Position numbers and translations under genes: made by a program. Below the pieces are notes generated by a model. It saw only the letters and a list, made by a program, of their open reading frames with translations, did not search any database and was not told the DNA's origin. Below, one piece after another: positions 37,812 through 47,450 of a DNA stretch of 64,000 nucleotides; positions within the stretch are counted from its first letter, which is position 1; every line of letters starts with the position of its first letter. This DNA is from Polaromonas sp. GTDB lineage: Bacteria; Pseudomonadota; Gammaproteobacteria; Burkholderiales; Burkholderiaceae_C. Location of the stretch: the NCBI RefSeq assembly GCF_041689105.1, contig NZ_JBDNGU010000148.1, forward strand, positions 805-64,804, written 5' to 3'.

Positions 37812-38372
37812 TCAGACCGCCAAGATGTCTTGTTCCTTGCCAGCGACCAGCTTGTCGACTTCTGCAATAAAACGGTCGGTGGATTTCTGCACGTCATCGT
37901 GGGCGCGGCGCTCGTCGTCTTCCGAGGCGAGCTTGTCCTTGACCAGTTTTTTGACGCCATCGTTGGCATCGCGGCGCAGGTTGCGGACCGCCACCTTGGC
38001 GTGTTCCCCTTCGCTGCGAACCACCTTGGTCAGCTCCTTGCGGCGCTCCTCGGTCATGGCTGGCATGGGCACACGGATCAAATCGCCCTGGGCGGCGGGA
38101 TTGAGGCCGAGGTCGGAGTCGCGAATGGCCTTTTCAATCTTGGCGCCCATGCCTTTTTCCCAGGGCGACACACTGATGGTGCGCGCATCGAGCAGCGAGA
38201 CATTGGCCACCTGGCTGATGGGCACCATGGAGCCGTAGTAATCCACGTGCACGGTGTCGAGCAGGCCAGGGTTGGCGCGGCCGGTGCGGATCTTGGACAG
38301 CGCCTGCTTCAAGGACTCCAGCGACTGCTGCATTTTCTGCTCGGTGCTGCTCTTGATATCAACAATACTCAT
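37812..38372 (-). CDS. frr: Ribosome recycling factor
   Basis: The 186-aa C-terminal part of track ORF 37812..38906, starting [39 protein letters not shown]. Confidence 0.95.
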   Translation of the reverse strand: MSIVDIKSSTEQKMQQSLESLKQALSKIRTGRANPGLLDTVHVDYYGSMVPISQVANVSLLDARTISVSPWEKGMGAKIEKAIRDSDLGLNPAAQGDLIRVPMPAMTEERRKELTKVVRSEGEHAKVAVRNLRRDANDGVKKLVKDKLASEDDERRAHDDVQKSTDRFIAEVDKLVAGKEQDILAV

Positions 38373-38439
38373 GATGGAATCTCCGGATGGATCTTGTTTT
38401 GCAAAAGTTGTGCGGGGCCCGCAGCGGGCGCAAAAAGCA

Positions 38440-39150
38440 TCAGACGTGAACCAGCGTTCCCTCGTCCTCACCCTGCACCACACGTTTGAGCGCACCGTGT
38501 TTGAAGATGCTGAAAATTTTGATAGGCAGTTTCTGGTCGCGGCACAGTGCAAACGCCGTGGCATCCATGACTTCGAGATTCTTGCCGATGGCCTCGTCGA
38601 AAGTGATGTTGGTGTAACGCGTGGCCGACGGGTCCTTCTTCGGGTCCGCACTGTAAACGCCATCCACCTTGGTGGCCTTGAGCACGATTTCCGCGCCAAT
38701 TTCGGCGCCGCGAAGCGCAGCGGCGGTGTCTGTCGTGAAGAACGGGTTGCCGGTGCCCGCAGCAAAAATGACCACCTTGCCCTCTTCGAGGTACTGCAGC
38801 GCCTTGGGGCGCACATAAGGCTCGACCACACGCTCGATGCCGATGGCCGACATGACGCGCGGCGTGAGACCCGCCTTGTCCATGGTGTCCCCCAGCGCCA
38901 GCGCATTCATGACCGTGGCCAGCATGCCCATGTAGTCAGCAGTGGCCCGGTCCATGCCGACCGAGCCGCCCGCCACGCCGCGAAAAATGTTGCCGCCGCC
39001 GATGACCACGGCGACTTCCACCCCCAGACGCGTCACCTCGGCAATTTCTTCCACCATGCGCACAATCGTGGCGCGGTTGATGCCGAAGGCATCGTCTCCC
39101 ATCAAGGCTTCACCCGAAAGTTTCAACAAGATTCGCTTGTAGGCTGGCAT
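38440..39150 (-). CDS. pyrH: UMP kinase
   Basis: [26 protein letters not shown]. Confidence 0.95.
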   Translation of the reverse strand: MPAYKRILLKLSGEALMGDDAFGINRATIVRMVEEIAEVTRLGVEVAVVIGGGNIFRGVAGGSVGMDRATADYMGMLATVMNALALGDTMDKAGLTPRVMSAIGIERVVEPYVRPKALQYLEEGKVVIFAAGTGNPFFTTDTAAALRGAEIGAEIVLKATKVDGVYSADPKKDPSATRYTNITFDEAIGKNLEVMDATAFALCRDQKLPIKIFSIFKHGALKRVVQGEDEGTLVHV

Positions 39151-39212
39151 GAGGGGAATTCCTGTCGTTCTTGTGGGCGTAAGTTTAGCGGCCTTCCGGG
39201 TAAGCGGGGTAA

Positions 39213-40127
39213 TCAGCCTGCCTTGGCGGCGGCCACCTGGGCAGCGACTTCGGCGGCGAAATCGTCGACCTTCTTCTCGATGCCTTCCCCAACCACATAC
39301 AAGGTGAACGACTTCACGCTGGTGGCTTTTTCCTTGAGCATCTGCTCCACGGTCTGCTTGTCGTTCTTGACGAAAGACTGGTTGTGCAGGCTGACTTCCT
39401 TGAGGTATTTCTGCACGCCGCCTTCGATACGCTTGGCAACAATTTCGGGAGACTGGACAGGCTTGCCTGCAGCGGTGGCCACAGCGGCGTCTTCGGCGGC
39501 CTTGGCGGCGGCGACAGACCGCTCGCGTGCGACCAGTTCGGCCGGCACCTGGTCGCTGGACAGCGACACCGGCTTCATGGCCGCAACGTGCATGGCCACA
39601 TCCTTGGCTGCGGTTTCGTCGCCATCAAACTCCACAACCACGCCGATACGCGTGCCATGCAGGTAGGAGGCCAGTTTGCCGCTTTCGAAACGCTTGAAGC
39701 GGCGCACCGACATGTTTTCGCCGATCTTGCCGATCAGGCCCCTGCGCACGTCTTCCACGGTCGGGCCAAAGCCGTCCAGGCTCATCGGCATGGCGCCGAT
39801 GGCGGCGACGTCAGCCGGGTTGTTCTTGACGATGCCCCTGGCCACCGCGTCAGTAAAGGCGATGAAACTGTCATTCTTGGTCACAAAGTCGGTTTCGCAG
39901 TTGATCTCTACCAGCGCGCCCATGCCGCCTTCGCTGTGGTAGGCGATCACGCCTTCAGCGGTGATACGGGAAGCGGCCTTGCCAGCCTTGTTGCCGAGCT
40001 TGACGCGCAGGATTTCCTCGGCTTTTTCGAAGTTGCCTTCGGCTTCGGTCAGCGCCTTCTTGCACTCCATCATGGGGGCGTCGGTTTTTGCGCGCAGTTC
40101 TGCGACCATGCTTGCTGTGATTGCCAT
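39213..40127 (-). CDS. tsf: Elongation factor Ts
   Basis: The start is at Met15 of the track ORF (GGAGA upstream). [26 protein letters not shown]. Confidence 0.95.
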   Translation of the reverse strand: MAITASMVAELRAKTDAPMMECKKALTEAEGNFEKAEEILRVKLGNKAGKAASRITAEGVIAYHSEGGMGALVEINCETDFVTKNDSFIAFTDAVARGIVKNNPADVAAIGAMPMSLDGFGPTVEDVRRGLIGKIGENMSVRRFKRFESGKLASYLHGTRIGVVVEFDGDETAAKDVAMHVAAMKPVSLSSDQVPAELVARERSVAAAKAAEDAAVATAAGKPVQSPEIVAKRIEGGVQKYLKEVSLHNQSFVKNDKQTVEQMLKEKATSVKSFTLYVVGEGIEKKVDDFAAEVAAQVAAAKAG

Positions 40128-40190
40128 CTTTGGTTCTCCGTGTGTCGTGTTGACTTCAAATAAATACATGTGCCTCTGGAAAAGGCTGTG

Positions 40191-40217
40191 AAAAAGGGGC
40201 TACGCGAGCCCCTTTTT
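40191..40217 (-). terminator. Intercistronic hairpin / attenuator between rpsB and tsf
   Basis: GGGGCT-CGCGT-AGCCCC flanked by A5 and T5 runs, so it could act in both directions. Confidence 0.55.
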
Positions 40218-40242
40218 CGCGTCAGGCGCAGGGCCGGAACAA

Positions 40243-40995
40243 TCAGGCGGCTGCGTTTTCCACTTCGACGAATTCGTCGGTGCTTTCAGCCGAGACCATC
40301 TTGACAACCTCATTGCCCGCACTGGCGCGGCCTTCGATGATGGCGTCGGCGATACCACGCGCATACAGCGCAACGGCCTTGGACGAGTCGTCGTTGCCGG
40401 GAATGACATAGTCAATGCCGAGCGGGGAATGGTTGGAATCGACCACACCGATCAGCGGGATGCCCAGCTTCTTGGCTTCGAGAATGGCGATCTTGTGGAA
40501 GCCCACGTCGATCACGAAAATCGCGTCGGGCAATGCAGTCATGTCCTGGATGCCGCCGATGTCTTTTTCAAGCTTTTCCATTTCGCGCTTGAAGGTGAGC
40601 TGCTCTTTCTTGCTCAGCGAGTCGAGGCCGACTTCCTGCTGCGCCTTCATTTCCTTGAGGCGCTTGATCGAGGTCTTGACCGTCTTGAAGTTGGTCAGCA
40701 TGCCGCCCAGCCAGCGCTGGTCGACAAAAGGCACGCCAGCGCGTTTGGCTTCGGCGGATACCAGCTCACGGGCCTGGCGCTTGGTCCCGACCATCAGGAT
40801 GGTGCCGCGGTTGGCCGACAGTTGCTTGGCAAACTTCATCGCGTCCTCGAACATCGGCAGCGATTTTTCGAGGTTGATGATGTGGATACGGTTGCGATGG
40901 CCGAAAATATACGGGGCCATCTTGGGATTCCAGAAGCGGGTTTGGTGTCCGAAATGGACGCCGGCTTCCAGCATTTCACGCATGCTTGTTGACAT
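40243..40995 (-). CDS. rpsB: 30S ribosomal protein S2
   Basis: The start is at Met27 of the track ORF (GGAGT upstream). [26 protein letters not shown]. Confidence 0.95.
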   Translation of the reverse strand: MSTSMREMLEAGVHFGHQTRFWNPKMAPYIFGHRNRIHIINLEKSLPMFEDAMKFAKQLSANRGTILMVGTKRQARELVSAEAKRAGVPFVDQRWLGGMLTNFKTVKTSIKRLKEMKAQQEVGLDSLSKKEQLTFKREMEKLEKDIGGIQDMTALPDAIFVIDVGFHKIAILEAKKLGIPLIGVVDSNHSPLGIDYVIPGNDDSSKAVALYARGIADAIIEGRASAGNEVVKMVSAESTDEFVEVENAAA

Positions 40996-41224
40996 AGATT
41001 TACTCCAAAGGTTGTGTCTAAAATCAGCGCTTATCGCCCAAAGGAGCTTTTTAAAAAGTCCCGAGGGAAACACCTTGAATGGCTGATTTGCGATTTATTG
41101 CGCAAGCGGCCGAACAGCCTCTCGTACAACCCGCAGAGTATAACATCCCTGCCACTGTGGACACCCGGTCTGCGCTGCGTAGCCACCGACCCCGCGCCCG
41201 TGCGCGCCAACCCGCGCCTTTCGA

Positions 41225-41285
41225 TATAAAAATGATAGCAGCCTGCGCCCGCCCGCCAAGGGCTCAAGCCCGATTAGACTGAAGT
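41225..41285 (+). repeat. R2 motif copy D (intergenic, between divergent rpsB and dadA)
   Basis: ATGATAGCAGCCTGCGCCCGCCCGCCAAGGGCTCAAGCCCGATTAGACTGAAG. Confidence 0.65.
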
Positions 41286-41342
41286 ATTCATGCCTATGTC
41301 CTGTTCTGCCCTGACGACTCCCTGTTTGCCACAGGCCGCCCC

Positions 41343-42605
41343 GTGAAAGTCGCTGTTATAGGCGCCGGCATCATCGGCATCACCACCGCCTGGGAACTGG
41401 CCATGGACGGTCATGAAGTCACTGTTTTCGAGCGTCGCGGTGCGGCCGCCGAGGAAGGCAGTTTCGCCAACGCCGGCGTGGTCGCACCCGGCTACGTCAC
41501 CCCGTGGGCAGTTCCCGGCATGCCGCGTAAGGTCCTGAGCCACCTGTTCAGCCGCCATGCCCCGGTTGCGCTGAGCTTGCCCCTGTCCGGCAGCGAGCTG
41601 GCCTGGATGTGGAAGTGGTGGCGCGCCTGCCGGCTGGAAACCTGCCTGACCAACCGCGCCAGGCTGCAGCGCCTGGCCGTCTACAGCCGGAACCGCCTGC
41701 ACCACATCACCACCCAACTGCAGCTGGAGTACGACCGCAGCCCCGGCTACCTGGTGCTGTTGCGCTCGGAAGTAGACGCCAGGATGGTCGAGCCCGGCCT
41801 GCAGGTGCTGCGGGACGCCGGCGTGAGCTTCCGCCAGCTTGGCTCCGATGAGGCGCGCAAGGTCGAGCCGGCCCTGAACCCGGACACGCCTTTTCTGGGT
41901 GGGGTACACCTGCCTGATGACGAAGTCGCCAATTGCCGCCAGTTCGCTCTGTTGCTTAAAGCGCAGGCCCAGGGCCTTGGTGTCAATTTCGAGTTCAACA
42001 AGACTGTAGCCCTCATGGAAAAAGCGCAGACAGCTACACTTTTCATAGCAGGTGAAGCCGCGCCGCGTCACTTCGACGCGGTGGTGCTGTGCGCTGGCCT
42101 GGCGTCGGCGCAACTGCTCAGGCCGCTGGGCCTGAAGATTCCCATGGCCGCCGTGTATGGCTACTCCATCAGCGCACCCATCCGCGAACCTCTGAACGCG
42201 CCGCGCAGCGGGTTGATGGACGAACGTTACAAGGTTGCCATCTCGCGCCTGGGTAACCGGGTGCGTGTGGCGGGAAGCGCCGAGCTCGGTGGCGCGGCCG
42301 ACAAAAAGCGGGCGTCGTCGGTGCGAACGCTGTACAAGGTGCTGCAGGACTGGTTTCCGGGCGCCGCCCACACCTCCGGCACCGGCGCCAGCGTGCAGGA
42401 GTGGAAAGGCGCACGGCCCATGCTGCCCGACGGCCCGCCCGTCCTGGGTGCCAGTGGCATCCCCGGCCTGTGGCTCAACCTGGGCCACGGCTCGAGCGGC
42501 TGGGCGCTCAGCTGCGGCAGCGCACGGGCCGTGGCCGACCTCATCGACGGAAAAACGCCAGACATTGACATGGACGGCCTGGGCGTTGGCCGCCTCGCGC
42601 GCTGA
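41343..42605 (+). CDS. dadA: D-amino acid dehydrogenase (FAD)
   Basis: GTG start. KVAVIGAGIIGITTAWELA; collinear with E. coli DadA including PGYVTPWAVPG and KGYS..., as recalled from memory. Confidence 0.88.
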   Translation: MKVAVIGAGIIGITTAWELAMDGHEVTVFERRGAAAEEGSFANAGVVAPGYVTPWAVPGMPRKVLSHLFSRHAPVALSLPLSGSELAWMWKWWRACRLETCLTNRARLQRLAVYSRNRLHHITTQLQLEYDRSPGYLVLLRSEVDARMVEPGLQVLRDAGVSFRQLGSDEARKVEPALNPDTPFLGGVHLPDDEVANCRQFALLLKAQAQGLGVNFEFNKTVALMEKAQTATLFIAGEAAPRHFDAVVLCAGLASAQLLRPLGLKIPMAAVYGYSISAPIREPLNAPRSGLMDERYKVAISRLGNRVRVAGSAELGGAADKKRASSVRTLYKVLQDWFPGAAHTSGTGASVQEWKGARPMLPDGPPVLGASGIPGLWLNLGHGSSGWALSCGSARAVADLIDGKTPDIDMDGLGVGRLAR

Positions 42606-42643
42606 CCGGTCAGCGGATAGGCGGGTCAGCGCCACAATGCCCT

Positions 42644-44221
42644 ATGCAGAAAATCTCCACATCCACCGCCCTGACCCTGCCGCTGTACGGCGTGGCAGCG
42701 ACGCGCCGGCTTGAGCAGCAGACGGCTGCAGCCCTGCCCCCGCACACGCTGATGCAGCGCGCCGGGCTTTCAGCCGCGCGCCTGAGCCTGGCGCTGGCGC
42801 CGCATGCGCAGCACCTCTGGATCGCCTGCGGGCCGGGCAACAACGGCGGTGACGGCCTGGAAGCCGCCCTGCACCTGCATCAGTGGGGCAAAACCGTCAC
42901 CGTCAGCTGGCTGGGCGCACGAAGCGAACGCGAAGGCAAGCTGCCCGCCGACGCGCGGGTATCGCTGCAGCGCGCCCGCGCCGCCGGCGTGCCGTTTTCC
43001 GACGGTCCACCGCCAGACTGGGACTTCGCCATCGACGCCCTGCTCGGCATAGGCGCGACACCGCGAACCGGTGATACAAGCGCGGAAGCAAGCCAGCTGT
43101 CCCTGTGGCTTCACCGGCTGCGCAGCAGCAGCCAGCCCGTGCTGGCCTTCGACATCCCGAGCGGACTGCAGGCCGACACGGGTACCGATATTGCTCCTGA
43201 ATCAATAGCTGCTTACGCCCGTACAAAAAGGGCTGGAGCCCGATTTTGCTTAAGTTTTTTGAGCCTGAAGCCAGGTTTGTTCACCGCCGCCGGGCGTGAC
43301 CTCGCCGGTCAGGTCTGGTGGGATGATCTGGGCATCACCGCGCCACCCGACATGGCGCCCGACGCCTGGCTGGCCGGCCAGGACCGCGCTGGCCTCAGGG
43401 GCCGCGACCGGGCCAGCTACAGCAGCCACAAAGGCAGCTTCGGGGATGTGGCTGTCGTCGGCGGCGAGTCCGCCGGCGCTACCCACATGGCCGGTGCCGC
43501 CTTGCTGGCCGCCCGTGCAGCCCTGCATGCCGGTGCCGGCCGGGTGTTTGTCGCCCTGCTGGGTAGCCCCGCCATGAATGTGGACCCGCAACAGCCTGAA
43601 CTGATGTTCCGCAGGCCTGACGCACTGGATCTGGCCCACCAGGTCGTCGTTTGCGGTTGCGGCGGTGGCGATGCCATCGCCCGCGTACTCCCGCTCATCC
43701 TGTCGCGGTCAGCGTCCCTGGTGCTTGATGCCGACGGACTCAACGCCGTCGCGCGCGACACGCAGTTGCAGACCCAGTTGCGCGCCCGCGCCGCCCGCGG
43801 CTGGCGCACCATTTTGAGCCCGCACCCGCTGGAGGCCGCGCGCTTGCTCTGCAGCAACACCGCCGCCGTGCAGGCCAACCGGCTGGACGCGGCGAGCCGG
43901 CTGGCTGCGCAGTTTCAGTGTGTGGTCGTGCTCAAGGGATCCGGCACGGTGATTGCCGCGCCCGGGGACATTCCCGTGATCAACCCCACCGGCAATGCCC
44001 GTCTGGCCACGGCCGGCACCGGCGACGTACTGGCAGGCATGCTGGGCGCTGCCCTGGCCGTCAGGCGAACGGCTTTTGAAGCCGCCTGCAGCGCGGTGTT
44101 GCGCCACGGCCAGCTGGCCGACGACTGGACGGCGCAGCATCCAGGGCGTCCCCTGACCGCTTCGCTGCTAGCCGAGAACCATCAGGCCGATCTGCAGCAA
44201 CAGCAGCAGCACCAGCGCTGA
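42644..44221 (+). CDS. nnr: Bifunctional NAD(P)H-hydrate repair enzyme (epimerase/dehydratase)
   Basis: YjeF_N motif GPGNNGGDG, plus a C-terminal carbohydrate-kinase domain (HKGSFGDVAVVGG, GTGDVLAG). Confidence 0.88.
   Translation: MQKISTSTALTLPLYGVAATRRLEQQTAAALPPHTLMQRAGLSAARLSLALAPHAQHLWIACGPGNNGGDGLEAALHLHQWGKTVTVSWLGARSEREGKLPADARVSLQRARAAGVPFSDGPPPDWDFAIDALLGIGATPRTGDTSAEASQLSLWLHRLRSSSQPVLAFDIPSGLQADTGTDIAPESIAAYARTKRAGARFCLSFLSLKPGLFTAAGRDLAGQVWWDDLGITAPPDMAPDAWLAGQDRAGLRGRDRASYSSHKGSFGDVAVVGGESAGATHMAGAALLAARAALHAGAGRVFVALLGSPAMNVDPQQPELMFRRPDALDLAHQVVVCGCGGGDAIARVLPLILSRSASLVLDADGLNAVARDTQLQTQLRARAARGWRTILSPHPLEAARLLCSNTAAVQANRLDAASRLAAQFQCVVVLKGSGTVIAAPGDIPVINPTGNARLATAGTGDVLAGMLGAALAVRRTAFEAACSAVLRHGQLADDWTAQHPGRPLTASLLAENHQADLQQQQQHQR
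43199..43270 (+). repeat. R2 motif copy E (inside nnr)
   Basis: ATATTGCTCCTGAATCAATAGCTGCTTACGCCCGTACAAAAAGGGCTGGAGCCCGATTTTGCTTAAG. It encodes DIAPESIAAYARTKRAGARFCLS. Confidence 0.6.
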
Positions 44222-44737
44222 CAGGTCCACGCCACCAATCGCAGGAATCACCCGCCGCAAGGGTGCCAGCAAGGGTTCGGTCAGGCGGCCCAGCAGGACA
44301 TAGATCGCCGAGCCGGGCTGCACCCACGAAATGATCGCAAACGCCAGCACGGCCACAAAGGCCACCTGCAAGGCGACGCGCAGCAGCATTTTCAGCGCCG
44401 CCAGCAGCAGGGCCGGCAGCAGCATGAGGTTCAGGCCCGACAAGTCCTGCAAACCACCGGCGAACACGCCGATCAGCAGTGCGACCAGCAGCGCAAAAAC
44501 CAGCGACAGCACAAACGCCGCAAGCACGCTGGCCCAGTCCACACGGGACTGTGCCACGGCCTGGGGCAGGACACGCCGCATGGGTTTGACGATCCAGTCG
44601 GTCACGGCCATCACGAAGGTACCGGGCTGGGCACGCATGTTGATGCGCAGGTAATTCATCCAGGCGCGCAGCAGGGCCGCGCCTATCAGCACAAAAAAAA
44701 GTGTTTCAAGCAGGAAGACAAGAATCCGGATCAGCAT
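44168..44737 (-). CDS. yggT: YggT-family membrane protein
   Basis: 189 aa. MLIRILVFLLETLFFVLIGAALLRAWMNY..., with two YggT-like repeats. Its 3' end overlaps the convergent nnr by 54 nt. Confidence 0.8.
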   Translation of the reverse strand: MLIRILVFLLETLFFVLIGAALLRAWMNYLRINMRAQPGTFVMAVTDWIVKPMRRVLPQAVAQSRVDWASVLAAFVLSLVFALLVALLIGVFAGGLQDLSGLNLMLLPALLLAALKMLLRVALQVAFVAVLAFAIISWVQPGSAIYVLLGRLTEPLLAPLRRVIPAIGGVDLSALVLLLLLQIGLMVLG

Positions 44738-44743
44738 GGCTCG

Positions 44744-47083
44744 TCAACGCCTCGGTTTCTTACTCGACTTGCGGATTGCACCGCTGGCCGATTTCTTGAC
44801 CGCCGCCTTGAGCGCCTGGATAGGCGATACTGGCGCGCGGCTGCTGCCAGCACTGCCGCTGCGCGCGCCTGAACGCTGCTCGGTACGTTTGGCGCCGCGT
44901 TTTTCCCCGCGCTTGTCAGCCCGGGCATCACCAGCGCCGCGTGGCGGAGCACGGTCCTGCTCGGGCAGGTCAGCCGGACGCCCGCCCGTCTTGTCCTTCA
45001 TGGCACGCGTCAACAGCTCTTCGCCCTCGCGCACCAGCCGGAAGTCGATCTTGCGGCCGTCGAGGTCGACCCGGCTGACCTGCACGCGCACGCGCGTGCC
45101 GATGGCGTAGCGAATGCCGGTGCGTTCACCGCGCAGTTCCTGGCGTGCCTCGTCAAAACGGAAGTATTCCCCGCCCAGCTCGGTGATGTGCACCAGGCCC
45201 TCGACATACATGGCGTCGAGCGTGACAAAGATGCCGAAGCCGGTGGCTGCCGTGACCACGCCGCCGAACTCCTCGCCCAGATGCTCGCGCATGTATTTGC
45301 ATTTGAGCCAGGCTTCCACATCGCGGCTGGCTTCGTCGGCGCGGCGCTCGTTGGCGCTGCAATGCAGCCCCGCTGCGAGCCAGGCCAGCTGGTCCACACT
45401 GACTTTTTTGGGCTTTTGCGTGGGATCGCTGACCCGCGACGCCAGCCGTTTGGACAGCTTGGCCTCGGCCTCGCCCGGCGAGGGCAGGGTTGGCAGCTGG
45501 TACTTCGTCTGGTTCAGCACCGCCTTGATGACACGGTGCACCAGCAGGTCCGGGTAGCGCCGGATCGGGCTGGTGAAGTGGGTATAGGCCTCATAGGCCA
45601 GGCCGAAGTGGCCGTTGTTCATCGGCGTGTAAATTGCCTGCTGCATGGAGCGCAGCAGCATGGAGTGGATTTGCTGCGCATCCGGCCTGTCCTTGGTGGC
45701 GACCGCAATTTGCTGGAACTCGCCCGGCGCCGGGTCGTCGCTGATCGTCAAGCCCAGGCCGATGGCCTTGAGGTAATTGCGCAGCATGTCCTTTTTTTCG
45801 GGCGTCGGGCCTTCGTGCACACGGAACAGGCCCACATGTTTGCTTTGCGAAATATAGTCGGCCGAGCACACGTTGGCCGCCAGCATGGCTTCCTCGATCA
45901 GGCGGTGCGCAACGTTGCGGGTGCGAGGCACGATTTTCTCGATGCGCCCCGCATCGTCACAGACGATCTGGGTTTCGGTGGTTTCGAAATCCACCGCGCC
46001 GCGCACAGCACGCTCCTTGAGCAGAGCCTGGTAAACGTCATGCAGGTCCAGCAGGTGCGGCACCAGGGCCTTGCGCTGCGCCGCCTCCGGCCCACGCGTG
46101 TTGGCCAGGATGGCGGCAACTTCGGTGTAGGTGAAGCGCGCGTGGCTGAACATCACGGCCGGGTAAAACTGGTACGCGTGAACCTCGCCCTTGGCATTGA
46201 CGAGCATGTCGCAGACCATGCACAGGCGCTCGACGTTGGGGTTCAGCGAACACAGGCCGTTGGAGAGCTTTTCGGGCAACATGGGAATCACGCGGCGCGG
46301 AAAATACACGCTGGTGGCTCGGTCGTAGGCGTCTACGTCAATCGCGCTACCGGTCTCGACATAGTGACTCACATCGGCAATCGCGACCAGCAGGCGCCAA
46401 CCCTTGCCGCGCCCCACCTTGGCCGGTTCACAATAAACGGCGTCATCAAAATCTCGCGCATCCTCGCCGTCGATGGTGACCAGCGGCACATCGCTCAAAT
46501 CCACGCGGTGTTTTTTGTCGCCAGGACGCACTGTGTCCGGCAGGGTGCGCGCCAGGGCCAGCGCCGCGTCACTGAACTCGTGCGGGACGCCGTATTTGCG
46601 CACCGCGATTTCAATTTCCATGCCGGGGTCGTCGATCTCGCCAAGCACCTCCTTGACGCGGCCTACCGGCTGCCCGAACAGCGCCGGCGGCTCAGTGAGC
46701 TGGACCACCACGATCTGCCCGGTTTTGGCCGTACCAGTTGCGCCTTTCGGAATCAGCACATCCTGCCCATAACGCTTGTCTTCCGGCGCCACCAGCCAGA
46801 CGCCGCTTTCCTGCAGCAGCCGACCGATGATGGGGTTGGCCGAGCGTTCGATGATTTCGGTGACGCGGCCTTCCGGACGGTTTTTTCGGTCATGCCGCAC
46901 GATGCGTGCCTTGACACGGTCCTTGTGCAGCACGGCGCGCATCTCATTGGGCGGCAGGTAAATGTCGGCTTCGCCGTCATCACGCTGAACAAAGCCATGG
47001 CCATCGCGGTGGCCTGATACGGTGCCCTCAAACTCGGCAAGCAGCCCGGCACCCTGGCCGGTACTTTGTGTAGTTGTTTTGAT
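44744..47083 (-). CDS. rnr: Ribonuclease R
   Basis: RNB domain (DGEDARDFDDAVYCE), S1 domain and a Lys/Arg-rich tail. The track ORF starts at ATG 46942, but the in-frame upstream sequence encodes the conserved CSD1 (FEGTVSGHRDGHGFVQRDDGEADIYLP). The 5' end given here is a putative ATC codon; see the finding at 46943..47100. Confidence 0.85.
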   Translation of the reverse strand: MKTTTQSTGQGAGLLAEFEGTVSGHRDGHGFVQRDDGEADIYLPPNEMRAVLHKDRVKARIVRHDRKNRPEGRVTEIIERSANPIIGRLLQESGVWLVAPEDKRYGQDVLIPKGATGTAKTGQIVVVQLTEPPALFGQPVGRVKEVLGEIDDPGMEIEIAVRKYGVPHEFSDAALALARTLPDTVRPGDKKHRVDLSDVPLVTIDGEDARDFDDAVYCEPAKVGRGKGWRLLVAIADVSHYVETGSAIDVDAYDRATSVYFPRRVIPMLPEKLSNGLCSLNPNVERLCMVCDMLVNAKGEVHAYQFYPAVMFSHARFTYTEVAAILANTRGPEAAQRKALVPHLLDLHDVYQALLKERAVRGAVDFETTETQIVCDDAGRIEKIVPRTRNVAHRLIEEAMLAANVCSADYISQSKHVGLFRVHEGPTPEKKDMLRNYLKAIGLGLTISDDPAPGEFQQIAVATKDRPDAQQIHSMLLRSMQQAIYTPMNNGHFGLAYEAYTHFTSPIRRYPDLLVHRVIKAVLNQTKYQLPTLPSPGEAEAKLSKRLASRVSDPTQKPKKVSVDQLAWLAAGLHCSANERRADEASRDVEAWLKCKYMREHLGEEFGGVVTAATGFGIFVTLDAMYVEGLVHITELGGEYFRFDEARQELRGERTGIRYAIGTRVRVQVSRVDLDGRKIDFRLVREGEELLTRAMKDKTGGRPADLPEQDRAPPRGAGDARADKRGEKRGAKRTEQRSGARSGSAGSSRAPVSPIQALKAAVKKSASGAIRKSSKKPRR

Positions 47084-47266
47084 AAGTGATCTCTCTTTTT
47101 GAGATGGTTAAATTTGCAGGACCAGCCCCGGTAAAAGCAATAAACAAGTCGGTCGCGGGATGGCCCGTAGCGTCAGGGGGAGGCAATCAAAAAGGCTGCA
47201 CTGCCAGTGAAAAATTTTGGACTTCGTTCCGAAAAATCGATTCCGCAATGGTACACTGCTGGCTGT

Positions 47267-47351
47267 GCCCGGGTGGCGGAATTGGTAGACGCGCACGGTT
47301 CAGGTCCGTGTATCGCAAGATGTGGAGATTCGAGTTCTCTCCCGGGCACCA
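47267..47351 (+). tRNA. tRNA-Leu (anticodon CAG)
   Basis: Hand-folded cloverleaf: acceptor GCCCGGG/CCCGGGC, anticodon loop TTCAGGT, long variable arm, T-loop TTCGAGT, encoded CCA. Confidence 0.9.
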
Positions 47352-47380
47352 GATACAAAAAATCCAGCAAAACTGGAGCC

Positions 47381-47413
47381 AAAAAGGCCGCTGTCAACCC
47401 AGCGGCCTTTTTG
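47381..47413. terminator. Bidirectional terminator between tRNA-Leu and rimO
   Basis: AAAAA-GGCCGCTG-TCAACCC-CAGCGGCC-TTTTTG. Confidence 0.7.
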
Positions 47414-47450
47414 CTTTCAGGCCGGTAACCATGCACTGTTGCAGGCAATC

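Noticed and set aside
38373-38906. Upstream 178 residues of track ORF 37812-38906, fused to frr
   Set aside because: This region overlaps pyrH in another frame and is Arg/Ser/Pro-rich. frr starts at the conserved MSIVDIKS at 38372.
41031-41282. ORFs of 67-78 aa in the rpsB-dadA intergenic region
   Set aside because: They overlap the R2-D repeat and the probable rpsB promoter/leader. There is no coding signature, and spurious ORFs of this kind are typical when repeats are translated.
45188-47017. 609-aa plus-strand ORF opposite rnr. The same applies to 50086-52134 opposite relA, 41274-42635 opposite dadA, 29539-31071 opposite lpxD/skp, 26721-28130 opposite lpxB and 54939-56303 opposite fdx/hscA.
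   Set aside because: All are antisense shadows of genes with clear family motifs. Long stop-free antisense frames are expected at about 65% GC, and none shows a recognisable domain.
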